Shown in pieces: positions 39,601 to 49,764 of a stretch of DNA of 64,000 nt. The notes beneath the pieces were generated by a model, which did no database searches, was not told the origin of the DNA, and was given only the letters and a program-made list of their open reading frames with translations. Source of the stretch: Candidatus Latescibacterota bacterium (GTDB lineage: Bacteria; Latescibacterota; UBA2968; GCA-2709665). The stretch lies in contig CAXXXF010000003.1 of NCBI GenBank assembly GCA_963667175.2, positions 192,001 through 256,000 of the forward strand, written 5' to 3'. Position numbers and translations under genes: made by a program. Numbering within the stretch: the stretch's first letter is position 1; the number at the start of each line of letters is the position of its first letter.

Positions 39601-39991
39601 TACCAACCACCGGCAGTTGATCGTGTACGGCCGGGACGGCGAGGTGGTCTGGGACGCGGACATGGGCGGAGGGGTACTCGCGGCCGAAGCCTTTGACGGG
39701 CGTGTCGTTGCGGGGGCGTCGAACGGATTCGTGCAGTGCTTCGACGCCGGTGGCGGGTTTCTGTGGCGCCGGTTTCTGACCCAACGTGTGGCCGGTCTTG
39801 CGCCAGTTGGCGATGGAGGTTGTCTGGCGGCCCTTCGAGGCGGAACCGTCGTGGGTCTGGACGGCAACGGAGAGATCCGGGCGACGCACTCCGGAAACCC
39901 CGAGATTGCGGTAACGGGCTGGGCGTCGGGATGGCCGGACGGGGGCCTGCTGGTGGGCCGGAAGGATGGCGCGCTGGATTTCTACCGGTAG
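36677..39991 (+). CDS. Heparinase II/III-like putative lyase with C-terminal PQQ/FG-GAP beta-propeller (paralogue 1)
   Basis: RQNH in a helical domain, FDKVYFRSGW...YLLLDG..GGSHSYQDGN, DIDGDGREEI repeats. RBS GAGGAGG. Confidence 0.6.
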   Translation: MAFSPAVHETNLGQGVCISAPAGESYQDAARSLKESLEDTLSAPVDVLPDGELDGGGRHVIALGNMMDSAFLRTLYFRAYDLTDRVWPGPGGWVVRTAPHSLDGADHVLVAGVSSAEDIGEAAGALAGAIAESGPVLPYQYEVHPGSWSDLYVTPANELIAKSERDLEQESIGGGSGDWTYMMVVADMGMLAVQTGNEALTSTFCRQICHFARTRWFERTLEDPTLIHGFIRVLLLPFTILENHPALPASLREQTLEALLGLFRSAEGAGNSGLLSCVGVDRVRQNHQTRSALDMFYGGRYFHQVHGLAEGLAWMKLAEVFFAPQMGSNKPVCDSWGHQWGASLFNTADYALAAGKTDYFSSQAYLEGVDRALVAHSNLERGPEQYCRMAAAVTGNDEYLQLCESIDEEATAERTIRGAEEPLRTWVTGRRAVAPERLGRVGVAPLSRLFYDSIEEYTTFAPENGIYLRNLPYEQTFDKVYFRSGWTDQDDYLLLDGISGGSHSYQDGNCIVRYTSRGVSWFRFAGGHSPATVRDYTGVSVSVDGAGPGCESRYAALRYLHEGESLSVAGTSMTYPEQGDWYRHIVYSRDGWFLVIDEVWPVVTGDFLVECRWHLLGEADLSDGLLRSVQNDAQLNMRHCGSGRQELIASDDWCAEDYAKWVQRSLATLRPGTGIRFGTLFWTGAVGDGRDFSLVEEKSGFRIEGDGDPVRIVLEEEVESPAVAASGATLPTASGGVVASDPTPFQIAGGEARPEWSTRCANAVTALDIGSERWFGGDDGGVTAFDPAGDVLWKREIEGGVGAIAALDDGGAAAGGGGETVYRLDASGDTVWSHRIQWQPMNWDSWSRKNCEVLSLASGDIDGDGREEILVGCADRHVYAFDGEGNQLWRSPCQWGPPVCLDTARLADGPERQTLAGLADPAIHAHTLVFGKDGTLGRPLRRPDIVSWSIPSWSRCLRVADVDGDGRDEVISGVDTNHRQLIVYGRDGEVVWDADMGGGVLAAEAFDGRVVAGASNGFVQCFDAGGGFLWRRFLTQRVAGLAPVGDGGCLAALRGGTVVGLDGNGEIRATHSGNPEIAVTGWASGWPDGGLLVGRKDGALDFYR

Positions 39992-40068
39992 GCGACGGGC
40001 GCGCCTGTTCATCCATGTGAACTCCCGGACCATGATATATATGTAGCACACGGAGAAAGGATTGCGAT

Positions 40069-43000
40069 ATGAACTTCCGCAAACCGATCCACCAGACGGA
40101 TCTCACTTCGGGCGTTTGTATATCCGCGCCGGATACCCAGCCATACCAGGAAGCGGCGCAGCGTCTTCAATCTGCCCTGCAAGGCGTGCTTTCGGACAAC
40201 GTGGAGATTTTGACGGACGCACGGCTCGACGCGGATGGACGCCACGTGATCGCGTTGGGCAATATGATGGACAGCGCGTTCCTGAAGACCCTGTACTTCC
40301 GGGCATACGATCTGACCGACAGGGTCTGGCCCGGTCCCGGCGGGTGGGCGGTCCGCACCGCGCCGGACTCCCTGGACAACGTAGGGCACGTGATCGTCGT
40401 TGGTGTGAGTGGCGCCGACGACGTTTCCGAGGCGGCGGATGCGCTTTCCCGTACGATAGAGTCCGAGGGCGCCACCCTCCCGTATCAGCATCGGGTGACG
40501 CTGGGCAAGTGGGCGGACCTGTATCGGAAGCCGGCGCGTGATCGGCTGGACCAGGGGGACGAGGCTCTGGAGCGGGTGTTCACGAGCGGCCCCGGGGACT
40601 GGACCTACATGTGGGCCATCGCCGAGATCGGGATGCTGGCGATACAGACGGGCAGGGAGGAACTGATCCCGATGTTCTGCCGTCAGGTCTGTAACTTCGC
40701 GCGCACGCGGTGGTTCGAGCGTCACCTGCCGGACCCGCCGCAGATCCACGGGTTCCTGAGGACCATGCTGCTGCCCTTCACCGTTCTGGAGAACCATCCC
40801 GCCCTTTCCGGTGACCAGCGACGGGAGACGCTGGAGGCATTCCTGGGGCTGTACCGGTCCACGGAGGGCGCAGGAAACGCCGGGTTTCTCAACCACGTGG
40901 GGGTCGACCGCGTGCGGCAGAACCACCAGACGATGTCGGGACTGGATCTGTTCTACGGAGGACGGTATTTCCACCAGGTCCACGGGTTGGCCGAAGGGCG
41001 GGCGTGGATGAAGCTGGCGGACGTGTTCTTCGCGCCTCAGATGGCGTCGAACAAGCCGGTCTGCGACTCATGGGGGCACCAGTGGGCGTTCTCGCTCTTC
41101 AATACCGCCGATTTCGCCCTGGCTTCGGGAAAGATGGACTATTTCTCCAGCAAACCGTACCTGGAAGGCGTGGACCGGGCGCTGATCGCGCACAGCAATC
41201 TGGAGGGAGGGCCCCATCAGTACATGCTGATGGCCGCGGCGGTCACGGGAAACGACGAATACCTCCGGCTGTGCGGGGCGTCGGATAGCGACACCCTTGC
41301 CGAGCGGGCCGTGCGGCCAAACGTGGAGCCGTTCCGGACCTGGGTCACGGGGCGGGAGGCTGCAACGCCGGAGCGGATGGGCCGTGCGGGCGCTGCGCCG
41401 CTCTCGCGGCTGTTTTACGATTCCCTCGAAGATTTCGGTGGATTCGCGCCGGCGGGCGTGTACCAGCGTGACGTTCCGTATGAAAAGACGTTCGACAAGG
41501 TGTATTTCAGGTCCGGGTGGACGGATGAAGACGACTATCTGCTGCTCTGCGGCATATCGGGCGGCTCCCATTCCTACCAGGACGGCAACTGCATCGTCCG
41601 GTATACCGGACGCGGGCGGAACTGGTTCGGAGGTCGGTTGGGTCCGGCCTCCGTAAGGGATCACAACGGCGTGAGTGTCGCGGTCGACGGCGCGGGGCCG
41701 GGCTGCGAGGCCCGGTACGCCGCGCTGCGATACCTGGAGGAGGGAGAAGGCCTGTCCGCGGCCGGGACGTCGATGGCTTATCCCGGACAGGCGGACTGGT
41801 ACCGGCATATCGTGCACGGCAGGCAGGGGTGGTTTCTGGTTATCGACGAAGCTTGGGCGAAGGCGGAAGGCGAGTACCTGATCGAGTGCCGCTGGCACGT
41901 GTACGGAGACGTGGAAACGGTCGATGGCGGGATTCGCGCCGTCCAGGAAGACACGAGGCTGGAAATGCGGCATTCGGGAAGCGGATCCCGGGAGTTGATT
42001 CCGGTGACCTCGGCGCTGGCAAACGAAGGAACGCGGTGGGTGCAGCGCTCGCTGAAATCGCTTCGGGCCGGAGAAGGCGTGCGGTTCGCGACACTTTTCT
42101 GGAGTGATCAAGAGGCGCGGCCCCGGAATTACGCACTGGTACCTGAAGCGTCAGGTTACCGGATTGAAGGCGAGGGCGAGGCGTCCACGGTTTCGCTTTC
42201 GGCAGGATGTGAGGATGTCAACATCGAGGCTCAGGTGGCCGTACTTCCAACGGCCGGTAACGCCGAGGATGCGTCGGACGCCGGGCCGTTCATCGCTTCG
42301 GACGGAGACGCGAGGACGGACTGGCGCGGACAGTGTGGCGCGGCCGTGACAGCGGTGGACGTTTGGGCGGAAGGATGTTTCGCGGGAGATGACAGCGGAG
42401 GCATCACGGCGTTCGACCGGAACGGCGGGAAACGGTGGACCCATTCCGTGCCGCGGGGAATCCGGACGGTCCTGGCCCTTGCCGACGGCGGGGTGGTGGC
42501 CGGCGGGGAGGCGGAGGCCGTGCACCGGCTGGACGCGTCGGGCAGGGAGGTGTGGTCGTATCCGCTCGAGTGGCAGCCGATGAACTGGGACTACTGGACG
42601 TGGCTGAACTGCAAAGTCCTCAGCCTCGCGGCCGCCGATATCGACGGTGACGGCCGGGAGGAGATCCTGGCGGGTTGCGCGGATCGTCACGTGTACGTGT
42701 TCGACGAGGACGGCGGTTTGTTGTGGCGTTCGGCCTGCCAGTGGGGTCCCCCCACGTGCCTTGAGGTGGCGCGGCTGCGTGACGGGAAAGGCCGGCACGT
42801 GCTGGCCGGGATGGCGGACCCGTCGATTCACGGGTGCGTGCGGGTATTCGATGCCGATGGCGCGTGCGTGGAGACGCTGTCGCGGCCGGATATCATGAGC
42901 TGGTCGATCCCCTCGTGGTCGAAGTGCCTTCGGGCGGTGGACCTGAACGGGGACGGCCTCGACGAGGTGATCAGCGGCGTGGATACGAATCACAGGCAGT

Positions 43001-43362
43001 TGATCGTGTACGGCGGTGACGGCGAGGTGATGTGGGATGCGGACGTAGGGGGTGCAGTACTTTCGGTAGCGGTTGCGGACGGAAGGGTGTACGCGGGCGC
43101 TTCGAACGGTTATGTGCAGTGCTTCGATACCGGGGGCTGCCGGACGTGGCGCCGTTTTCTCGCGGCGCCCGTTGTCGGTCTGTCGCCAGCAGGCGGCGGC
43201 GGGTGCCTGGCGGCCCTTGGGGATGGACGGACCGCGGGACTGAATGGAAACGGCGGGATGGCGTGGACCAGTGGCGGCACTGCGATCGCCGCCGCGGCAG
43301 CGTGGCCTGATGACCGGCTGCTCGTGGGCAGGCGGGACGGAACGGTGGAGTGTTTCGGATAG
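40069..43362 (+). CDS. Lyase-like/beta-propeller protein (paralogue 2)
   Basis: Colinear with paralogue 1 and shares long identical peptide stretches. Confidence 0.6.
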   Translation: MNFRKPIHQTDLTSGVCISAPDTQPYQEAAQRLQSALQGVLSDNVEILTDARLDADGRHVIALGNMMDSAFLKTLYFRAYDLTDRVWPGPGGWAVRTAPDSLDNVGHVIVVGVSGADDVSEAADALSRTIESEGATLPYQHRVTLGKWADLYRKPARDRLDQGDEALERVFTSGPGDWTYMWAIAEIGMLAIQTGREELIPMFCRQVCNFARTRWFERHLPDPPQIHGFLRTMLLPFTVLENHPALSGDQRRETLEAFLGLYRSTEGAGNAGFLNHVGVDRVRQNHQTMSGLDLFYGGRYFHQVHGLAEGRAWMKLADVFFAPQMASNKPVCDSWGHQWAFSLFNTADFALASGKMDYFSSKPYLEGVDRALIAHSNLEGGPHQYMLMAAAVTGNDEYLRLCGASDSDTLAERAVRPNVEPFRTWVTGREAATPERMGRAGAAPLSRLFYDSLEDFGGFAPAGVYQRDVPYEKTFDKVYFRSGWTDEDDYLLLCGISGGSHSYQDGNCIVRYTGRGRNWFGGRLGPASVRDHNGVSVAVDGAGPGCEARYAALRYLEEGEGLSAAGTSMAYPGQADWYRHIVHGRQGWFLVIDEAWAKAEGEYLIECRWHVYGDVETVDGGIRAVQEDTRLEMRHSGSGSRELIPVTSALANEGTRWVQRSLKSLRAGEGVRFATLFWSDQEARPRNYALVPEASGYRIEGEGEASTVSLSAGCEDVNIEAQVAVLPTAGNAEDASDAGPFIASDGDARTDWRGQCGAAVTAVDVWAEGCFAGDDSGGITAFDRNGGKRWTHSVPRGIRTVLALADGGVVAGGEAEAVHRLDASGREVWSYPLEWQPMNWDYWTWLNCKVLSLAAADIDGDGREEILAGCADRHVYVFDEDGGLLWRSACQWGPPTCLEVARLRDGKGRHVLAGMADPSIHGCVRVFDADGACVETLSRPDIMSWSIPSWSKCLRAVDLNGDGLDEVISGVDTNHRQLIVYGGDGEVMWDADVGGAVLSVAVADGRVYAGASNGYVQCFDTGGCRTWRRFLAAPVVGLSPAGGGGCLAALGDGRTAGLNGNGGMAWTSGGTAIAAAAAWPDDRLLVGRRDGTVECFG

Positions 43363-43394
43363 ATTGCGACAGTACGTGGAAGGAGGGATCGGCG

Positions 43395-46300
43395 ATGCAT
43401 ATCGAACGTCCGCGCGCGCTCGAACCGGAAACCCAATTAAACGCGGCAACTCAGGTGCTCGTGGCGGCGCCCCGGTCCGAACACGGCCGGGCGGCGGCGG
43501 AAAGCATCCGCAGGGCGCTGGGCGACCTGAGCGTTCGCGTCGAACTTCTGGATGATCCCACCGGCGACGTGATGACGGCGGCCAACGGGCCGGTGATCGT
43601 CGTCGGCAACCTGGCGGACAGCCGGTGCGTGCGTGAACTCTACTTCCGTTTGCTGTGCGCGACGGACCTGTGGTACCCGGGTCCCGGTGGATATGAACTT
43701 CGCACGCTGTGCAACCCGTTCGGGACGGGCAACAATATCATCCAGGTGGGATACAGCGACGCCGCCGGGGCCGCGAAGGGTACGGCGGCGTTCCGTTCCC
43801 GCCTGGACGACCCCGTTCCGCACCTGGCAGATCTCGAGGTTACCCGGCTTCCGACGTCGGCGCATGAGGCGGCGCAGGTCCGGGAGGAGCCGCTCCTGCC
43901 AACGGCGTGGCAGATCGCGAATACCATGCAGGGAGACCAGAAAGGGTATCTCTACTATCTGACGGGAGAGCCCGAACTCGGAGCGGAATACCGCCGGGCG
44001 TGGGAGGCCGTTGTCGAGAGCGGGTATGTAAAATCGGAGAAAATCGTCCAGGCCCACCTCTACAGCCTCAGCCGCCTGCAGCCCTGGCGGCTGGTGGAAC
44101 ACATGGACCTGTTCAGCGAAGCGGAACGGCTCGACGTCACCCGGTTCATCTACGGCTGGGCGGAAAGCGAGGAGGGCTGGCGCCACGTCCAACGCTGTCC
44201 CCGCGTGGTGAGCATGCACGTTCCAAGGCAGAACCACGAACTCATTCCCGCCCTGGCGTTGACCTGCGCGGCGGCGTATTTCCGGACGCACTTCCCGGAA
44301 CTTGACGGCCCGGAGCAGTGGGAGCAGGTCGCCCGTCGAGCGTATGCTCCCTACGGATCCTCCTGGAAACCGCTGTGCGACGGACTCTGCCACGGATGGT
44401 GGATGTCGCAACCGGTGATCGTTGAGTACGGCCTGAACGATCCGGAACACGCGTACTTCGAGCAGGGCGGCGCCAGGCAGGCCGCGGACGCGGCGCTGGC
44501 CGTGGTGAACAACGAGGGATGGCTACCGTCGGCGGGAGACAGCGATCTGAACCGGCAGTTTCCGGGACCGAGCCTGCGTACGGCGGCGGCTTATTTCAAC
44601 GACGGGCGGTACCGTTTCGTCCACGACCTCGCGCCGCCGGAGCGTCGTCTGGTCAGCCTGACGTCACTGCCGAGGGCATTCGACGCCGGCGTGGTTCCGG
44701 TAGTGCCGGACGACCGGCTGGGTGTGACCGTCGTTCCGGTGGACCCGCTGCTCTATCACGCGTGGGAACGGGACCCTCGCGGCGCGCCGGGCGTGGTGAC
44801 CACGCCCCCATCGGCGCCGATCGACCGGTGTTTCGACAAGCTCTCGGTGCGTACCGGATGGGAGCCCGACGATGACTTTCTCCTGATCGACGGACTTGGC
44901 GGCGGCAGCCACTCGTACGACGACGCGGGCGGCATACTGGATTACGCGCGTCTGGGTCTCTCGCTGATCGTGCAGGAGGACAGTTTCGTACACTCCGCGC
45001 CCGAACATATGTCGGCCGTTACGGTCGTCCGGGACGGTGAATTCGGTGAGATACCGGGATTCGCGGTTCTGGAGGCGAACGAGACCGACGCCGAAGGCAA
45101 CGTTTATCTGCGGATACGGCTGAAGGACTACGCGGGCGCGGACTGGGTGAGGGAGGTCTACCTGCGCCCGGGGTGCTGCGTTGTTTTCAACGATACGGTG
45201 ATTGCGAACCAGGCGGGAGACTTTGCGGTGGAAGCCCGCTTCCGAACCCCCGCCCTGCTGGTTCTTAACGGGAACGAGGCGCGTTGTGCGAGGCGGAGCC
45301 CCACCGCCGGGGACGTGACGTTCCGGATCCGGAGCCTGGGTGAGGCCGCTTCGCTGGCGGTGGAGGAAGATCCGGTCCATCTGCGGTACAAGAACGCGGT
45401 GGACCGGGAGCTCTGGAAGGAGCGGTACCATACGGACGACGTCGTGCTTTCCACGTTTGTGGCCCGGCGCGCCCAGCGCCTGGAAGCCGGGGAGGGCGTG
45501 CGCCTCACCCACGTCGCGCAGGCGTGCGGACCGGGAGAAGCAGGCCTTCTCGAGAAAGAAGGCGAGGTCTGCCTCGTGCAGGAAGAGATCTCGCGGCGGC
45601 TGGAGACGCTGCCGGTGCGGGCGCCCGCGACCGGGAGATTGACGGGTGACGCTCGTTCGGAACGGGCCGATGCCGCGCTGGTTTTCACCGCCGGGGATCC
45701 CATCCGCGCAATCCGCCCGCTGGCGGACGGGTCTGTGGTCGTGGGCGCCGAAAGCGGCGGCGTCACTTTCCTCGATCCGGAGGGTCGGGCGGCCTGGTCG
45801 GCGGCGCTGGACGGCCCGCTGTACGACGTCGGCGCCGCGGAGGGAGAAGCTGTTGTACTCGCGGTCGGGCACGGTCCGAGCCGGTTGACGGGGTTCGACG
45901 TCGAAGGCCGGCAATTGTGGCAGACGGACGTCGAGCGGGAACCCTGCCCGTGGCCGTGGTGGGAACTGCCGACGCCGGCGCCCGTGCAGGTGGAGGGCGG
46001 CGTACACGAGGGTTCGGCCTTCTTTGCCGTCGGGTGCGGGGACATACAGATCCGCGGCTTCGACGGCGCCGGACGAGAGCGGTGGCGGCAGCGCTACAAT
46101 GAAGGGGTGCCCGGTCGCATCCGGGTGGCCGACGTGGACGGTTGCGGCGGTCCGGAAATCGTCGCCGGGGGCGAGGTGCTCAGCGACACGTCCAAATGCC
46201 GTATCCTGGACCCCAAGGGGGATTTTCTCGCCCACCTGGACGTGGAGGGATGGACGAGCATTCTGACGGCGCTGGCGTTCGCCGAATTCGACGGACGGCG

Positions 46301-46712
46301 CGTCATCGGATGCGGCGCGAACCGGGGCCGGAACCTGCACGTGTACGAACACGGTGACGGTGAGGGCTGGCAACGGCGCTGGATGAAGCGCCTGGGCGGG
46401 CGGGTCACTGGCATCTGGTTCCTCGGGTCCGACCAAAACGTGATCGTGTGTACGAGCCAGGGATTCCTGCTCTGTTACGACCTGGACGGGAACCGAATCT
46501 GGCGCCGGCTTTTCGAAAAGGGCATCCGCCACCTGGCGCCGTTTGGAGACGAAACGCTTGTGATCGACGATCAGGGACAGCTCAGCGCGGTCACCGCACC
46601 CGGAGACGTCCGGACGCTGGGCCGGTTGCCGGGACCATGCGCGATCGCGGAACCCTGCGGAGCAGGGGTGCTCCTGGCGTGCGGGCGCGAGATCTGGCGC
46701 ATCGATGTTTGA
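43395..46712 (+). CDS. Lyase-like/beta-propeller protein (paralogue 3)
   Basis: PRQNH, FDKLSVRTGW...LLIDGLGGGSHSYDDA, propeller repeats. RBS AGGAGG. Confidence 0.6.
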   Translation: MHIERPRALEPETQLNAATQVLVAAPRSEHGRAAAESIRRALGDLSVRVELLDDPTGDVMTAANGPVIVVGNLADSRCVRELYFRLLCATDLWYPGPGGYELRTLCNPFGTGNNIIQVGYSDAAGAAKGTAAFRSRLDDPVPHLADLEVTRLPTSAHEAAQVREEPLLPTAWQIANTMQGDQKGYLYYLTGEPELGAEYRRAWEAVVESGYVKSEKIVQAHLYSLSRLQPWRLVEHMDLFSEAERLDVTRFIYGWAESEEGWRHVQRCPRVVSMHVPRQNHELIPALALTCAAAYFRTHFPELDGPEQWEQVARRAYAPYGSSWKPLCDGLCHGWWMSQPVIVEYGLNDPEHAYFEQGGARQAADAALAVVNNEGWLPSAGDSDLNRQFPGPSLRTAAAYFNDGRYRFVHDLAPPERRLVSLTSLPRAFDAGVVPVVPDDRLGVTVVPVDPLLYHAWERDPRGAPGVVTTPPSAPIDRCFDKLSVRTGWEPDDDFLLIDGLGGGSHSYDDAGGILDYARLGLSLIVQEDSFVHSAPEHMSAVTVVRDGEFGEIPGFAVLEANETDAEGNVYLRIRLKDYAGADWVREVYLRPGCCVVFNDTVIANQAGDFAVEARFRTPALLVLNGNEARCARRSPTAGDVTFRIRSLGEAASLAVEEDPVHLRYKNAVDRELWKERYHTDDVVLSTFVARRAQRLEAGEGVRLTHVAQACGPGEAGLLEKEGEVCLVQEEISRRLETLPVRAPATGRLTGDARSERADAALVFTAGDPIRAIRPLADGSVVVGAESGGVTFLDPEGRAAWSAALDGPLYDVGAAEGEAVVLAVGHGPSRLTGFDVEGRQLWQTDVEREPCPWPWWELPTPAPVQVEGGVHEGSAFFAVGCGDIQIRGFDGAGRERWRQRYNEGVPGRIRVADVDGCGGPEIVAGGEVLSDTSKCRILDPKGDFLAHLDVEGWTSILTALAFAEFDGRRVIGCGANRGRNLHVYEHGDGEGWQRRWMKRLGGRVTGIWFLGSDQNVIVCTSQGFLLCYDLDGNRIWRRLFEKGIRHLAPFGDETLVIDDQGQLSAVTAPGDVRTLGRLPGPCAIAEPCGAGVLLACGREIWRIDV

Positions 46713-46747
46713 GACGTTTATCTTCCGTGTAAATTAAGGAGGGACGT

Positions 46748-47614
46748 ATGGACGCCTATGAGCGATATCATTTCGACGTGAACGGGTACATTGTGGTCGA
46801 GGACATACTGACGCCGGACGAGGTGGCGGCGCTGAACGAGGCGATCGACCACAATCCGGATCATGTCCACATCCGAAAGGGCGAATTGTTGCTCTCCGGC
46901 GCGGCCAAACAGCACGGGGGCAAGGCAGCGCCGTTGTTGAAGGGCACCCACGGCCGTGGGGACATCATGGATATACTGAACTGGCCCAAACCCTGGCGCC
47001 AGCCCTTCCGTGACCTGCTGACGCATCCGCGGGCCATGCGGTACATGCTGGAACTGATCGGCGACGGGTTTCGCTACGGCAACGCAAACGGGATCAGCAT
47101 GACGGCAGGCGCCGAGGGGTTCCTGTTTCACGGCGGGGGCACGCCCAGGGGTCCGTATTATTACGATTTTCAGGACGGGCGGATGTGGAACGGGCTGATG
47201 GCCGTCTGCTATCAGTTGACGGACGTCGGTCAGGGCGACGGTGGGTTCGCCTGCATTCCCGGCAGCCACCGGGCGAACTACCCCTGCCCCAATGACGTTC
47301 GCCGGCTGGACGTCCATCCGGAGTGGTTCAAACATCTCCCGATGAAGGCGGGTTCGGCGCTGATCTTCACCGAGGCGCTCACCCACGGCACGCTTCCATG
47401 GACGGCGTCCCACGAGCGGCGAACGCTGCTCTACAGGTATGGCTCCGGGGATATGGTCTTCGGGTCCGGGCCGGCCATCCACCCGGCCGGTTACGAGTCG
47501 TTCAAGGACGAGTTGACGCCCTTGCAGCGCGCGCTGATGGAGCCGCCCTACGCCAGCAGGCGGCCCAGTCTCCTGCCGCTGATGGAAGAAGAGGAGAAAC
47601 GACGGGGAGGGTGA
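46748..47614 (+). CDS. Phytanoyl-CoA dioxygenase (PhyH) family protein
   Basis: FDVNGYIVVEDIL, FHGG, DGGFACIPGSHRAN, KAGSALIFTEALTHGTLPW...RRTLLYRY. Confidence 0.9.
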   Translation: MDAYERYHFDVNGYIVVEDILTPDEVAALNEAIDHNPDHVHIRKGELLLSGAAKQHGGKAAPLLKGTHGRGDIMDILNWPKPWRQPFRDLLTHPRAMRYMLELIGDGFRYGNANGISMTAGAEGFLFHGGGTPRGPYYYDFQDGRMWNGLMAVCYQLTDVGQGDGGFACIPGSHRANYPCPNDVRRLDVHPEWFKHLPMKAGSALIFTEALTHGTLPWTASHERRTLLYRYGSGDMVFGSGPAIHPAGYESFKDELTPLQRALMEPPYASRRPSLLPLMEEEEKRRGG

Positions 47615-47657
47615 GCCGGATATAGCGCACAATGGAATCACACGGAATGTCACGAAT

Positions 47658-49643
47658 ATGACTCAATCCGCGGCGAAGTCCCCGCCGGAGACGCAGCCCT
47701 TGAAACTGAGGGAAGGGATCACCCTTCGAGCCGTGGTCATCGGCGTGCTCGCCGTGGTCGCCATCAATCTCTGGGTCACCTACGCGGAGACGGTGGTACG
47801 GTCCTCCCGGCTCAACCTGAGTTTCTTTCAGCTGACGCTGCTCAGCATTTTCATTGCGCTGGTGGGCGGCGTGAACCCGTTGCTCCGGCGAATCAGGCCC
47901 CGCTCCGTTCTGTCTCCGTCCGAACTGCTGACGGTGGCGGCAATCGGCATGGTCGGGTCGGTGGCGCCGACTTCCGGAGTTACCGGGTTCCTGGTGGGCG
48001 TGATCGGCAGCCCCATCTATTTCGCAACGCCCGAAAACGGGTGGGCGGAATACTACCACCCGCATCTCAAGCCGTGGATGGTTCCGTCGGACAGCGGCGC
48101 CCTGCGGGCCTTCTTCGAGGGGAGCGCCGGCGGCCTTCCGGCATGGAAGACCTGGCTGGCGCCGCTGGCGTGGTGGAGCAGCCTGGTCGCGGCGCTTCTG
48201 GCGGGCTCCGCGTGCGCGATGGTGATACTGCGAAGGCAATGGGCGGAGCACGAGAAGCTGGTCTATCCCCTTGCCGCCGTGCCGGTCGAAATGGCGGAGG
48301 GCGCGTCGTCCCGAAGCGCGCTGCCCGATTTCATGAAAGGCAAGCTCTTCTGGCTCGGGGCGATTCTTGCGTTCGGGCTCTTCGCCTGGCACGCGACGTC
48401 CTGGTTCTTTCACGGGATGCCGGGCATCCGGTTCTTTCCCCACGCCGGCTACTTCCGCTTTACCCGCTATTCTCCAGGCGTCTACATCCAGCCCCTGCAG
48501 TTCTATACGATCGGGTTCGCGTATTTCGCCAACCTGCAGGTGTTGTTCAGCATCTGGTTCTTCTTCCTGGCGCACGTGGTGGAGGGCGGAATCTTCAACC
48601 GCCTCGGGTATCAGATCGAACGGTCCACCGATACCTTCAGCGCGGACCCGCCCACCGAAGCGTGGCAGTGCTTCGGCGCGCTGGCTTGTCTGGTCGCCTG
48701 GCGACTCTGGGTGGCCCGGACCCACCTGCGGGACGTGTTCCTCAAGGCGATGCGGGCGGACCATCCGCTCGACGACGGCCGGGAGGTCCTTTCGTACCGG
48801 GCATCGGTCCTGGGGCTGCTGCTGAGCGCGGTCTACGCGCTGTTCTGGCTCCAGCGGTCCGGTATGGACGCGCTCTCGGCGGCGATGTTCCTGTTTGCCC
48901 TCGGCATCATATACATCGGCCTGGCGCGGGTCGTTTCGGAGGCGGGGGTGGCCTACGCCCAGGGCACCGTGACGCCGCAGGCCTTCGTGATGGACCTTCG
49001 GGGTACCTACGGGCTCTCCGGCGCCTGCCTGACGTCCATCGCGCTCTCCTACGCGTTGATCGACTATATGCGCGGCCTCTTCACGCCCGGTCTTGCGCAG
49101 GCGGTTCGAATCGCGGACCGGATCCGGGGGAACCGGCGTCTCCTGTTGTTCTGCGTGACGGTGGGGGTGTTCGCGGGGCTCGCGTCATCGGTCTGGTTCA
49201 CGCTACACCTTGGCCATACGCACGGCGCGTACAATTTCTCGCGTCTGTTTTTCAACGGGAACCCGAAGGCCGTCTTTTCCACCACGCTGGGACAGATGCG
49301 AACGCCGGGGGCGCCCGAGTTGAGCCGGGTGTTGTTTTTCGGGATCGGCGCGGGCCTGATGGGGGCGCTCACCTTTCTGCGCTACCGGTACTCCTGGTGG
49401 CCGATCCATCCCATCGGGCTGGCCGTCGCCGCCGCCGATAACGTGTACAGCCTGGCGATGCCGGTGTTCATGGCCTGGGCCGCCAAGGCGGTGGTCATGC
49501 GGGTCGGCGGGGTTGCGCTCTACCGGCGGTCCAAGCCGCTGTTCCTGGGCCTGCTGGTGGGATATACGGCGGGCGTGGTGCTGGCCTTCACGGTCGACGC
49601 CGTGTGGTTTCCCGGCCAGGGACACCAGGTGCACTGGTGGTAG
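47658..49643 (+). CDS. DUF6785/DUF6784-like polytopic membrane protein (putative transporter)
   Basis: Many hydrophobic segments, ILRRQWAEHEKLVYPL, WWPIHPIG, KPLFLGL. Confidence 0.75.
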   Translation: MTQSAAKSPPETQPLKLREGITLRAVVIGVLAVVAINLWVTYAETVVRSSRLNLSFFQLTLLSIFIALVGGVNPLLRRIRPRSVLSPSELLTVAAIGMVGSVAPTSGVTGFLVGVIGSPIYFATPENGWAEYYHPHLKPWMVPSDSGALRAFFEGSAGGLPAWKTWLAPLAWWSSLVAALLAGSACAMVILRRQWAEHEKLVYPLAAVPVEMAEGASSRSALPDFMKGKLFWLGAILAFGLFAWHATSWFFHGMPGIRFFPHAGYFRFTRYSPGVYIQPLQFYTIGFAYFANLQVLFSIWFFFLAHVVEGGIFNRLGYQIERSTDTFSADPPTEAWQCFGALACLVAWRLWVARTHLRDVFLKAMRADHPLDDGREVLSYRASVLGLLLSAVYALFWLQRSGMDALSAAMFLFALGIIYIGLARVVSEAGVAYAQGTVTPQAFVMDLRGTYGLSGACLTSIALSYALIDYMRGLFTPGLAQAVRIADRIRGNRRLLLFCVTVGVFAGLASSVWFTLHLGHTHGAYNFSRLFFNGNPKAVFSTTLGQMRTPGAPELSRVLFFGIGAGLMGALTFLRYRYSWWPIHPIGLAVAAADNVYSLAMPVFMAWAAKAVVMRVGGVALYRRSKPLFLGLLVGYTAGVVLAFTVDAVWFPGQGHQVHWW

Positions 49644-49764
49644 CCGGGAACGGTCTTCGTTCTCCCGCCGGTCGTACCTGGTGATACGCCGTCGTCCGCA
49701 CAATCGGACGGAATACCCACGCGTTCCTGATCTTCCCGTCTGAAACACGTTCGAAACGAAATTC

